Below are positions 26,947-36,341 of a DNA stretch of 64,000 nt, one piece after another. Source of the stretch: Vicinamibacteria bacterium (GTDB lineage Bacteria > Acidobacteriota > Vicinamibacteria > Marinacidobacterales > Marinacidobacteraceae); the NCBI GenBank assembly GCA_963422395.1, contig OY729431.1:736001-800000 (forward strand), in the 5' to 3' direction. The stretch's first letter is position 1. The number at the start of each line of letters is the position of its first letter. Position numbers and translations under genes: made by a program. The notes under the pieces were generated by a model. The model saw nothing but the letters and a program-made list of their open reading frames with translations, was not told the DNA's origin and did no database searches.

Positions 26947-27906
26947 ATGCGTCGTTCTGACCGATTTTTCTTCGCTTTCCTGTTGTCGACCGCGTTCTTC
27001 CTGTTCCTTTCGGCCTCGCTGCACGGGCTTGCGGCCCATCCGGCGAACGCCCAGGAGGTGGACTGGGACGCCGTGGAAATCACCACCGAGGACCTGGGGC
27101 ACGGCATCCATGTCCTCTTCGGCCGCGGCGGCAACATCGCCCTCTCCACGGGCGCGGACGGGGCTCTGCTGGTGGACGACCAGTACGCGCCGCTGACCGA
27201 AAAGATCCTCGCTGTGGTCGCTTCCCTCACCGGGGAGCCGGTGCGATTCGTCGTCAACACCCATTGGCACGGCGACCACACCGGCGGAAACGAGAACCTC
27301 GGCAAGGCCGGAAGCCTGATCGTGGCCCACGAGAATGTCCGGCGGCGGATGAACCCGGCGGATTTCGCCGACCTGGTCGGCCGCAGCGATCAGGCGGCTG
27401 CCGCAGCGCTTCCAGTGGTGACCTTCGAGCAGGATGTCACCCTGCACTGGAACGGCCTCGCCATCGAAGCGCGCCACCAGCCGAACGCCCATACCGACGG
27501 TGATTCGGTCATCTTCTTCGGCGATGCGAATGTGGTCCACATGGGCGATCTGTTCTTCAACGGCGCCTTCCCCTTCATCGATGGGGACTCGGGCGGCGGG
27601 ATCGATGGAATGATCGCGGCGGCCGAGACGGTCGCGGACCGGACCGACGAGCAGACCCGGATCATTCCCGGCCACGGGCCGGTGACCGACCGCGCGACCC
27701 TGCTGGCCTACGGTGAAGCGCTGCGCGCGGCACGGGAACGCATCGCCGAGCGTGTGGAAGCCGGCCAGAGCGAGGACGAAGCGGCCGCCGATCATGCCGC
27801 GATCGTGAGCGGAATCGGAACCGACATCGGCTGGGCTCCCGATGCGGTCGGATTCGTGAGCGCCGAGCGCTTCGTCCGGCTCGTCCACCGCAGCCTCAGC
27901 CAGTAG
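26947..27906 (+). CDS. Secreted MBL-fold metallo-hydrolase (cyclase-like)
   Basis: Signal peptide; VNTHWHGDHTGGN, AHTDGD, HMGDLFF, IIPGHG. Confidence 0.85.
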   Translation: MRRSDRFFFAFLLSTAFFLFLSASLHGLAAHPANAQEVDWDAVEITTEDLGHGIHVLFGRGGNIALSTGADGALLVDDQYAPLTEKILAVVASLTGEPVRFVVNTHWHGDHTGGNENLGKAGSLIVAHENVRRRMNPADFADLVGRSDQAAAAALPVVTFEQDVTLHWNGLAIEARHQPNAHTDGDSVIFFGDANVVHMGDLFFNGAFPFIDGDSGGGIDGMIAAAETVADRTDEQTRIIPGHGPVTDRATLLAYGEALRAARERIAERVEAGQSEDEAAADHAAIVSGIGTDIGWAPDAVGFVSAERFVRLVHRSLSQ

Positions 27907-28055
27907 CGACCGGCAGCGAAGCCTCGGTCGGATGCCCGTCCGGATCGGGGCCGGTCGGCTGCTCCTCAGGTTCCGATCCGCCTGCGGTGACGGTTTTCGT
28001 CGCCTTACTCGGAGAAGATGCCCCGGACGCTGTGGTTCGCGTCCATAGCCTGGAG

Positions 28056-29327
28056 ATGAGCAACTTTCGCTTCCTGCACGCGGCCGACATCCATCTCGAC
28101 AGCCCGCTGCGGGGACTCGAAGGACACGACCGCCAGATCGCAGACCGGATTCGCTCGGCGCCGCGCGCCGCCCTCGAAAACCTGGTCCAGAGGGCGGTCG
28201 GCGACCGCGTGCACTTCGTCGTCATCGCCGGGGATCTCTACGACGGCTCCTGGAAGGACTACCGCACCGGCCTGTTCTTCGCCGAACAGATGAGCCGGCT
28301 CCGCGAGGCCGAGATCCCGGTGTTCCTCCTCTACGGGAACCACGACGCCGAGAGCCAGATCACCAAGCCGCTGCAGCTTCCCGAGAATGTGAAGGTATTC
28401 CCCTCGCGGAGTCCGGGCACCTTCACCCTGTACGACCACGGGGTAGCGCTCCACGGTCAGAGTTTCAAGACGCGGGCGGTGACCGAGGATCTCGTCCCGG
28501 ACTATCCGTCGCCGCGCTCCGGGCTGTTCAACATCGGGGTGCTCCATACCGGGCTCGGCGGGATGGACGGACACGACGACTACGCGCCCTGCACCGTTCC
28601 CGAACTGGCGGCGAAGGGATACGACTACTGGGCGCTGGGGCACATCCACCGCCGTCAGATCCTGCAAGAGCGGCCGTGGATCGTTTTCCCGGGCAATCTT
28701 CAGGGAAGGCATGCGCGGGAGACCGGTCCGAAGGGTGCCTTCCTGGTGAGCGTGAACGGCGGCGAAGTGGAGGCAGCCTCGCCGGTGAACCTGGATGTGG
28801 TGCGCTTCACGGTGCTGGCCGTCGCTGTGCCCGGGGCGGACACCATGGACGAAGTTGTCGAAGCGGTCCGCGGGGCTGCCGGAGCCGCAGCTGCGGAAGC
28901 GGAGGGCCGACTGCTCGTCTGCCGCGTCCGTCTCACCGGACGGAGCCCGATCCACAGCCAGCTAGTGAGCGAAAACGACCATCTGCTCGCCGAGGCGCGG
29001 TCCGCCACGCTCGGACTCGGAGACGAGATGGTGTGGATCGAGCGAATCCTCGTCGAGACGAAACCGCCGATGGACCCAGCGGCGCTGGCACGACGGAAGG
29101 ATGCGCTCGGCGACCTGCTGCGCATGTTGCGCGAGGCTCCCCACGACACCGCGTTGGTGGACGACCTGAAGAGCGATGTCGGGGTCCTCGCCACTCGCCT
29201 TCCGCACGAAGTGGGCGAGGGGGTCGAGGAGGCTGCGCTTCGCGCCGCTCTCGACGGCGACACCACGGCGCTGATCCAGGAAACCGCTCCGTACCTGCTC
29301 GCCCGTCTGACTGCTGAGGATTCCTGA
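28056..29327 (+). CDS. Mre11/SbcD-like metallophosphoesterase DNA exonuclease (YhaO-like)
   Basis: FLHAADIHLDSPL, IAGDLYD, GNHD, YWALGHIH, PGNLQGRHARETG. Confidence 0.88.
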   Translation: MSNFRFLHAADIHLDSPLRGLEGHDRQIADRIRSAPRAALENLVQRAVGDRVHFVVIAGDLYDGSWKDYRTGLFFAEQMSRLREAEIPVFLLYGNHDAESQITKPLQLPENVKVFPSRSPGTFTLYDHGVALHGQSFKTRAVTEDLVPDYPSPRSGLFNIGVLHTGLGGMDGHDDYAPCTVPELAAKGYDYWALGHIHRRQILQERPWIVFPGNLQGRHARETGPKGAFLVSVNGGEVEAASPVNLDVVRFTVLAVAVPGADTMDEVVEAVRGAAGAAAAEAEGRLLVCRVRLTGRSPIHSQLVSENDHLLAEARSATLGLGDEMVWIERILVETKPPMDPAALARRKDALGDLLRMLREAPHDTALVDDLKSDVGVLATRLPHEVGEGVEEAALRAALDGDTTALIQETAPYLLARLTAEDS

Positions 29328-29331
29328 CGCA

Positions 29332-32300
29332 ATGCGTTTCGCGCGCCTCGATCTGATCCGCTTCGGGTGTTTCACCGATGTCTCCCTCGAGCTGCCCTCG
29401 AACGAAGGGCGCGATTTCCATATCGTGATCGGGGCGAATGAAGCCGGCAAGACCACCACCGTGACCGCGGTGGAGGATCTGCTGTTCGGGATTCCGGGTC
29501 GGACGCCCTACGCCTTCCGCCACGACTACGCCGCCCTGCGGCTCGGCGCCGTGATCGAGCAGGGAGAACAGCGTCTCGAATTCCGGCGGCGGAAAGGGAG
29601 CCGGGACACCCTGCTGGGGGGCGGCGATCTTCCCTTGCCCGGCGGGGAGGGACGCCTGCTGCCGTATCTGGGCGGGGTGGATCGAAACTTCCTGGCTCGT
29701 ATGTTCAATCTCAGCCACGAGAGGCTGGCGCGAGGCGGAAGGGAGATTCTGGACGCTGAGGGCGAGGCGGGACGGGCGCTCTTCACTGCCGGCTCGGGCT
29801 TGATGGAGCTGCGCCAGCAGGCGCTGAACCTGGAGAAGGAGGCCGAATCGCTCTGGGCGCCGCGGAAGTCGAAGCAGCGTCTCTACTACCAGGCGCAAGC
29901 CCGCCTCGTCGAGACGGAACGCATCCTCCGAGACACGATCCGGCGGCCGAAGGAGTGGAAGGAGTTGCACAAGGGATTCGAGGCCGCCGAGGAACAGACG
30001 GAGGCACTGCATCGGAAATTCGAGGAGCGGGTTTCCGAGATGAAGCGGCTTTCCCGAATTCGCCGCGTATCGGCGGCGGTCCGGCGGAAGGAAGCGCTGG
30101 ACCGGGAGATCGAAGCGCTCGGCCCGGTGATCGAGTTTCCCGAAACCGCTGCCGAAGAGTTGGAAGGCGCGGTGCGCGAGGAGGAAACCACGGCAGCGGG
30201 CATCGAAGCGCTGGCCGAGGAGCGGGGTCGGAAGCAGGAGAAACGCCGGGCCATCGAACGCGACGACGCGCTGCTCGGGAGGCGGGATGCGATCCAGGAG
30301 CTGCGCGAACGGCGGAGCCAGATCCTCCAGATGCGGTCCGACCTTCCCAAGCGCCGCGCCGAGCTGGAAACCGCGATGGACGATCTCCGACGGCTCGGAC
30401 GCGAAGCCGGCTGGGAGAGTCCTCGAGCGAGTTCTGACGCGGAAGCCCTCGACACGGAAGCGCTGCTTTCCCGGGTTCCCTCGCGGGCTCGAGTTTCCGA
30501 AGTGCGAGACCTGCTGCAGCGGCACGGCGCGCTGGAGGAGGCGAAGAGAGGAGCAGAGGAGGCTCTCGACGCCGCAAACAGCCGCCTTGCCGGACAGGAA
30601 GCGAAAATCGAGGGTAGCGTCGCTCCCGTGGACATCTCCCGGCTCGACGCAGTGCTCGCGGAGACCCGCGGCGTACCCGACCTGGAGTCGGCAATTCGGT
30701 CGGGCCGCAAGGCGGTCGCCGAAGCGGAAGACCGGATCGCCCGACTGCGGCAAGCACTTCGTCCATCGGTTCCCGACGAAACGAGATCGGAGGACATCGG
30801 AGCGTTGGCCGCCCTTCCGCGCGCCGTGGTGCAGGAGTGCCGCGATCGGCAGCGGGATCTCGGGAACGAGCTTCGGGAGATTGAAAGGAGACTCGCGGAA
30901 CAGCGGCGGCTCTTGGATCGCCGGCGTCAGGAGCGCACCCGGAGCGCCGGGGAAGAGCGCCTCGAAACGAGGGAATCCCTGGACCTCGTGCGGACCCGGC
31001 GCGACGATCTCTGGAAGCGCCTGCGGCGCCGGTATCTCGGCGACGATCCTGCAGATCAGGTTGCCGATCGGGAGATCGAGGCAGCGCCGCCAGAGAGCGA
31101 GGAGAGGTTGGCGGAGGGATTCGAAGCGGCGGCCCGCGAGGCGGACCTCATCGCCGACCGGCGTTTCGACGGTGCGGCCGCTGCCGGCCGGCTGGCCGAG
31201 CTGGATCGGACGATCCGCGGTCTCGAAGCCGATGTCGAGGAGGCCGCCGCCGAGGAAGCCGCGACGAAGCAGAAGATCCAGGAAATGGAGACCGAGTGGC
31301 GTTCGAGGTGGACCGATTGTCCGTTCGAGCCGGATTCGCCGGCGGCGATGCTGGAGTGGTTGGACCAGCGCGATTCCATCGTCGCGATACTCGGGGAGCG
31401 GCAGAGCGCCGCCATCGAGCTCGACGCTCTGCTTGCGGCAGAGCGCCGCGCCCGGGAGCAGCTGACGGCGGCCCTCGCGGCCTCGGGGGGCGAGCAGCAG
31501 GCGATGCGGGACGAAAGCGTGCGTGTCCTGATGGGGCAGGTCGAAGGCCTGGTGCGGGGGCAGCGCGAGCGGTCGCGTCGGAACGAAGAAGCGCGCGAGG
31601 CACTGCGCACAGCGCGAGCCGAGCAAGAACGCGAAGCGAGCCGCGCCCGAAAGGCCGGTGAAGAGTGGGGCGTCTGGAGAGATGCCTGGAGTGCCTCGCT
31701 GCAGCGGATCGGCCTCGACCCCGAAACCTCTCTGGTTTCGGTAGCCGCGCAGCTGGATCTCTTCGACGCGATGCGAGAGAAGGAGGCTCGTGTCGAGGAA
31801 TTGCGCGTCAAGCGAATCGGCGCCATGGAGCGCGACATCGGTGTGTTCGAATCTCTGGTGGAGCAGATCCTCGGGGAAATCGCCCCGGATTTCGCCGGCC
31901 TCCCGGCCGATGAGGCGGTGCGCCGGCTCGGAGAACGGCTCGACCGCGAAATCGATCACAGCAAGGAGTGCGAGGCGCTCGACGCCGAAACCCGCCGGAT
32001 CTCTCGGGACATCGAGGAGCGGGAACGAGCTCGGAGCGAAGCGCGGGCGAGAGTTGCTCCGCTCTATCGGAAAGTCGGGTCCGAAAACCTCGCTGATCTG
32101 AAAGAGGCGATCGCGCGTTCCGACGACTTGCGGAAGTTGCAGGCCGAGCGCGAGCAGGTGCAGGAGCACCTTCGGGAACACGGAGACGGGTTCGGCTTCG
32201 ACGAGCTGCTGGCCGAGTGTGCCGGCATGAGTCCCGACGACGCTCGGGCGAGGGAGGAGGCCGCCGAGACGCAGCGGAAGGCAACTAGCGAACAGCTAGA

Positions 32301-32913
32301 TGACGCCCAAAGACGCCGGGCCGACGCGCAGAGCAAACTGGAATCGTTTCGCGGTGACGATGCGGCCGCCCGGCTGGCCGCCGAGCGGCAGGAGGCGCTG
32401 GCCGGAATGCGGGAGGCGGCAGCGCGCTATACCCGAGTCCGAACCGCGGCGATCCTGCTGCGCTGGGCGCTGAATCGTTTTCGCCGCGAGAAACAGGGGC
32501 CCATGCTCCGGCGCGCGGGGGAGCTGTTCCGGGAACTGACCCGCGGTTCGTTCGCCGGCCTCGAGGTGGACTTCGACGACCGGGACCGAAGGCTCCTGTA
32601 TGCGGTGCGCAGCGGAAGCGAGAAACTGCCGGTGTCCGGTCTGAGCAGCGGCAGCGAGGACCAGTTGTTTCTCGCCCTGCGCGTCGCCGCCGTGGAGGAC
32701 TATGTTGCGCAGGCGAACCCGCTGCCCTTCGTCGCGGACGATCTGTTCCTGAACTTCGACCCGGAGCGGTCAGCCGCCGGTTTCGAAATCCTCGGGCAGC
32801 TGGCGTTACGGACGCAGGTGCTGTTCTTCACCCACCACGAGCATCTGGTGGAGATCGCCCGCGAGGCGCTGGGTGCCGCGGTGCCGGTCCTCCGGCTCGA
32901 CAGAGCCGCCTGA
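29332..32913 (+). CDS. YhaN-family AAA_27 coiled-coil ATPase (Rad50/SbcC-like)
   Basis: Walker A GANEAGKTT; long coiled coil; signature LSSGSEDQLFLALR; Walker B FVADDLFLNFD; FFTHH. Confidence 0.88.
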   Translation: MRFARLDLIRFGCFTDVSLELPSNEGRDFHIVIGANEAGKTTTVTAVEDLLFGIPGRTPYAFRHDYAALRLGAVIEQGEQRLEFRRRKGSRDTLLGGGDLPLPGGEGRLLPYLGGVDRNFLARMFNLSHERLARGGREILDAEGEAGRALFTAGSGLMELRQQALNLEKEAESLWAPRKSKQRLYYQAQARLVETERILRDTIRRPKEWKELHKGFEAAEEQTEALHRKFEERVSEMKRLSRIRRVSAAVRRKEALDREIEALGPVIEFPETAAEELEGAVREEETTAAGIEALAEERGRKQEKRRAIERDDALLGRRDAIQELRERRSQILQMRSDLPKRRAELETAMDDLRRLGREAGWESPRASSDAEALDTEALLSRVPSRARVSEVRDLLQRHGALEEAKRGAEEALDAANSRLAGQEAKIEGSVAPVDISRLDAVLAETRGVPDLESAIRSGRKAVAEAEDRIARLRQALRPSVPDETRSEDIGALAALPRAVVQECRDRQRDLGNELREIERRLAEQRRLLDRRRQERTRSAGEERLETRESLDLVRTRRDDLWKRLRRRYLGDDPADQVADREIEAAPPESEERLAEGFEAAAREADLIADRRFDGAAAAGRLAELDRTIRGLEADVEEAAAEEAATKQKIQEMETEWRSRWTDCPFEPDSPAAMLEWLDQRDSIVAILGERQSAAIELDALLAAERRAREQLTAALAASGGEQQAMRDESVRVLMGQVEGLVRGQRERSRRNEEAREALRTARAEQEREASRARKAGEEWGVWRDAWSASLQRIGLDPETSLVSVAAQLDLFDAMREKEARVEELRVKRIGAMERDIGVFESLVEQILGEIAPDFAGLPADEAVRRLGERLDREIDHSKECEALDAETRRISRDIEERERARSEARARVAPLYRKVGSENLADLKEAIARSDDLRKLQAEREQVQEHLREHGDGFGFDELLAECAGMSPDDARAREEAAETQRKATSEQLDDAQRRRADAQSKLESFRGDDAAARLAAERQEALAGMREAAARYTRVRTAAILLRWALNRFRREKQGPMLRRAGELFRELTRGSFAGLEVDFDDRDRRLLYAVRSGSEKLPVSGLSSGSEDQLFLALRVAAVEDYVAQANPLPFVADDLFLNFDPERSAAGFEILGQLALRTQVLFFTHHEHLVEIAREALGAAVPVLRLDRAA

Positions 32914-32925
32914 CCGACCCGCGGT

Positions 32926-33957
32926 TCAGCCCCGGATCTGTCTTCCGCTTTCGTCCACCAACCCGTAGCGTCCTGCGTCGGCGCGCCAGCGGTCGGATTC
33001 GATGAGCGCCGTGTAGTCGCTGGCCGGCAGTGCTTCTCCGGCATAGCCTGGCCAGCTCGGGCCGGAGCCGGCTTCGACGGCTTCCCGGATGTGGGCGAGG
33101 CCCCGCTGCATCGCACCGAGAGCGAGGCGCAGCAGCTGTCCGGCGTAGAGCACGAGCGGCACTCGGTTTTCGCGCAGGGTGCTCATCGGCGTGTCGTGGA
33201 CGCTCGCGATGATCGGTCTCCCGGCGGCCTCGGAAACCGGGCCCATCCGGTCCGGGGGGAGTCCGGCGAAGAAGAGCAGGTCGGCGCCGGCCTCGACATA
33301 GGCGGCGCCGCGCTCCATCGCCTCGCTCTCGTCGAGTCCGATGGATACTGCGTCGCAGCGGGCGACGAGCATCATGCCGCCTTTTCTGGCGTCGGCGGCA
33401 GCGCGGATCTTGTCCTGCATCGCCGCGGCCTCGACGAGCACGCCGCCTTCCCCGAGATGCTTCGCCTGCACATGGTCCTCGATCATCACCGCGGCGAGTC
33501 CGGCGCGCTCGTAGCCGCGGATCGCACGGGCCACGGCGAGCGGACTCCCGCCGCCGTCGTCGGCGTCGGCGAAGACGGGCGCCGGCACGCTCCCGGCGAT
33601 CCGGGAAGCCATCTCGATCAGCTCGGTGATCGAGGCGAGCCCGTAGTCCGGGAGTCCGTGGTTCGCCGCCGATCCGGCGCTTCCGCCGATGAGCACCGAT
33701 TCGAACCCCATCTCGACGATGAGACGGGCCGAGATCACATCGAAGGCGCCGGGACAGAGAACCGGCCCGCCGCCGGCGAGCATCGCCCGGAAGCGGTGGC
33801 CCATGTCGCTGCCTGCCGGAGTGTCGGATTGCCCGCTGCCGGCACAGCCGGCCGCTCCGGCAGCGGCGCCGCCGCCGAGGACTGCGGCCCCGGTGCCGGC
33901 CGAGAGCCGGGAAAGCGCCTCGCGGCGTCCGATGGCGTTCGGGGAGCGGGCTTTCAT
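32926..33957 (-). CDS. Isocitrate lyase/PEP mutase family enzyme with Tat/lipoprotein signal
   Basis: GGAG Shine-Dalgarno then MKARSPNAIGRREALSRL...AGAAGC; PGAFDVISAR, GLPDYG, ADADDGGG, MIEDH, ARCDA, AGADLLF. Confidence 0.8.
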   Translation of the reverse strand: MKARSPNAIGRREALSRLSAGTGAAVLGGGAAAGAAGCAGSGQSDTPAGSDMGHRFRAMLAGGGPVLCPGAFDVISARLIVEMGFESVLIGGSAGSAANHGLPDYGLASITELIEMASRIAGSVPAPVFADADDGGGSPLAVARAIRGYERAGLAAVMIEDHVQAKHLGEGGVLVEAAAMQDKIRAAADARKGGMMLVARCDAVSIGLDESEAMERGAAYVEAGADLLFFAGLPPDRMGPVSEAAGRPIIASVHDTPMSTLRENRVPLVLYAGQLLRLALGAMQRGLAHIREAVEAGSGPSWPGYAGEALPASDYTALIESDRWRADAGRYGLVDESGRQIRG

Positions 33958-34859
33958 GGTGATTCTCCTGGGGACGGTTCTCCCGCCGGGCTGCTGCGGC
34001 TCGGATGGTCCAAGGCGCATCGGAACCCGATACTGTGGATCCTGGTGTCGGGGCGGGTGAAGTTTCGGTAGAAGACGCTGGCGATCCGTTCGTCGCTGTC
34101 GGCCCAGCTCCCGCCCCGGAACACTCGGTAGGGGGCGTCTTCGGGCCCCTGCGGATCGTTGTCCACGCTCACCGCGTACTGGCCGAGGTCGTAACCGTCC
34201 GCCACCCACTCGGCGATGTTGCCCACCATGTCGTGGAGGCCGTAGCCGTTTGGGGGGAAGGATGCGACTTCGGCGGGTCCGCGGGGATGGCCGATCCGCG
34301 CCGGGGGCTTGGGGCGAGGCGCCTCTGGGGCGGCGTCTTCGTCGGGCTCCGCACGGTACTGGTCGCCCCAGGGCCACGATGCTCCTTCGAGTCCGCCGCG
34401 GGCGGCCTTTTCCCATTCCGCTTCGGTGGGGAGCCGCTTCCCCCGGAAGGAGCAATAGCTGCGGGCATCGCTCCATGCGACGTTGTAGGCCGGGAGGTGC
34501 GCCTCGTCCTCGGGAAAGCCCTGCCGCCAGTGGAAGGGCTCGGCGCGGCCGGCGGCTTTCGTGAATTCGCGATAGCCCTTTTGGGTCACTTCGTTCTGGT
34601 CCATCCAGAAACCGGGCAGCGTTACCCGGTGGACCGGCCGCGCGTCCACCCGGTCCCGGGTTTGCCAGCCGATCTCGTCGATCAGCCAAAGGCGGGTCCT
34701 GCCCATCCAGAAATCTCCCGCCGGGATCCAGCAGATGTTCTCCGCTCGGTCGTCGGTGCAGTGCGGTTCCGGGCGCGGGGTTTCCACCGCTCCGACGATG
34801 CCGGAAGGAAAACCGGTCAGTAGCCCGACGATCGTCAGTGCCGGAGGGCTGCTAGGCAA
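33954..34859 (-). CDS. FGE-sulfatase (SUMF1-like) domain protein; start uncertain
   Basis: IPAGDFWMG, KRLPTEAEWEKAARGG, NGYGLHDMVGNIAEWV, RGGSW, IGFRC. Confidence 0.82.
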   Translation of the reverse strand: MPSSPPALTIVGLLTGFPSGIVGAVETPRPEPHCTDDRAENICWIPAGDFWMGRTRLWLIDEIGWQTRDRVDARPVHRVTLPGFWMDQNEVTQKGYREFTKAAGRAEPFHWRQGFPEDEAHLPAYNVAWSDARSYCSFRGKRLPTEAEWEKAARGGLEGASWPWGDQYRAEPDEDAAPEAPRPKPPARIGHPRGPAEVASFPPNGYGLHDMVGNIAEWVADGYDLGQYAVSVDNDPQGPEDAPYRVFRGGSWADSDERIASVFYRNFTRPDTRIHSIGFRCALDHPSRSSPAGEPSPGESP

Positions 34860-36324
34860 AGACTTCGGCGATCTCGTCGTCGAACATCATCTCCGAGCCG
34901 CCGAGCGAGATGGAATCCACATAGAGGTACTCGCGGCCGGAGGGGGTGTTGTGGACCGACTTGCGCCAGTCGATGCCGAGTGCCGAATAGATCGTGGCCA
35001 CCGTGTTGTCCATGAAGGGCTGCCCGTCGTGCTTCCAGCCGGGATCCACGACTTCCGAGCCGTCTTCGTTCGTCCGTCCGACCACCCGGCCTCCCGCGAC
35101 CCCGCCGCCGGCGTACAGACTGGTGTAGGCGAAGCGGTAGTGGTCCCGGCCGGCGACCGGGTTCATTTCCGGGGTGCGGCCGAACTCGCTGGCCACCACG
35201 ATCAGCGTCTCGTCGAGCAGGGTCTTCCCCGCCTCGCTCCCCGGCCGGGCGGCGAGGTCGTCGAGCAACGAGGTGAATCCCCGGTCGAGCCGCGGACAGG
35301 TGGTGTAGTGGTTCCACGGGCGCGAGCGGTCGAAGATGCCGGCGTGGTGGTCCCACTTGTCCCCGTCGTAGATGTAGAGGAAGCGGGTGCCGGCGTCGGC
35401 CTCGATCAGGTTGCGGGCGAGGATGCAACCGAGCCCGAACTCGTCCTCCCCGTACCGCTTCCGGTCGTCGGCGCTGGCCTGGAAGAGTCGAGGCCAGCGG
35501 GGATCGGTGAGCAGGCCGTAGGCGGACTGGTAGTAGGAGCGGTAGTCGCTCGCCCGGCGCCCGAGGGAAGCGCGCTCGGCGAGGGAGACTTCGGCGAGCC
35601 GGTTCAACAGACGAAAACGCTCCTCGAGCAGCTGCTGGCTGCCCTCCACATCGCCGCCGAAGGCGTCGAACACGGTGGTCGGGTCGAGGTCGAGCCCGGA
35701 AAATCGGGTCGGCAGGAAGCCGGCGCCGATAGAACCGGCGCGCGCCCGCGTGAGGTAGGTGCTGACATAGGTCGGGAAGGTGTCGGTGTCCCGGCGTTCG
35801 CCGTCGAGTTCGGCGGCGATGACGCTTCCGAAGGCCGGGATCTCGCGGGCGAGCGCCACATTCAGGGCTCTTCCGGTCTGCGTGTGGTACTGCCCGTTGA
35901 AGTGGATCAGTTCGGGCGCCCGCATCGACCGCACCAGGGCGACCTGGTCCATCCGGCTCACGAGCCGCGGGAACAGGGTGCGGGACAGCGAGACTTCATC
36001 GCTCAGCTGGACCATGTCGAGGTCTTTGGGAGTCCAGCGGGTCTGTTTGAAATCCCAAGTGTCCATGGGGCTGATCGCCCCGCCCATTTCGATGAAGATG
36101 CAGTAGCGGGCGGAGCGCCGGGGAGCGGCCTTGCTGCCCGCGTTGCCGCCCGCGCGCGCCTCCAGCGGCCAGACCACCTGGTTCGCGAAGGAGCCGGCGA
36201 GCGCCAGCCCGCCGAGCTTCAGGAGCTCGCGGCGAGCCGGGAGCAGATCTGCGACCCGGGGGCCGCAGCTGCCGTTTCGGTTTCTGGCCGGATCACCGGT
36301 CGGGTTGACGATCGGGCTGCACAT
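34852..36324 (-). CDS. DUF1501 domain protein with Tat-like signal
   Basis: RRELLKLGG; MGGAISPMDTWDFK, WDHH, SEFGRTPEMN, GRDHY. Confidence 0.85.
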   Translation of the reverse strand: MCSPIVNPTGDPARNRNGSCGPRVADLLPARRELLKLGGLALAGSFANQVVWPLEARAGGNAGSKAAPRRSARYCIFIEMGGAISPMDTWDFKQTRWTPKDLDMVQLSDEVSLSRTLFPRLVSRMDQVALVRSMRAPELIHFNGQYHTQTGRALNVALAREIPAFGSVIAAELDGERRDTDTFPTYVSTYLTRARAGSIGAGFLPTRFSGLDLDPTTVFDAFGGDVEGSQQLLEERFRLLNRLAEVSLAERASLGRRASDYRSYYQSAYGLLTDPRWPRLFQASADDRKRYGEDEFGLGCILARNLIEADAGTRFLYIYDGDKWDHHAGIFDRSRPWNHYTTCPRLDRGFTSLLDDLAARPGSEAGKTLLDETLIVVASEFGRTPEMNPVAGRDHYRFAYTSLYAGGGVAGGRVVGRTNEDGSEVVDPGWKHDGQPFMDNTVATIYSALGIDWRKSVHNTPSGREYLYVDSISLGGSEMMFDDEIAEVFA

Positions 36325-36341
36325 TCGCGGGCTTCCCCCTT

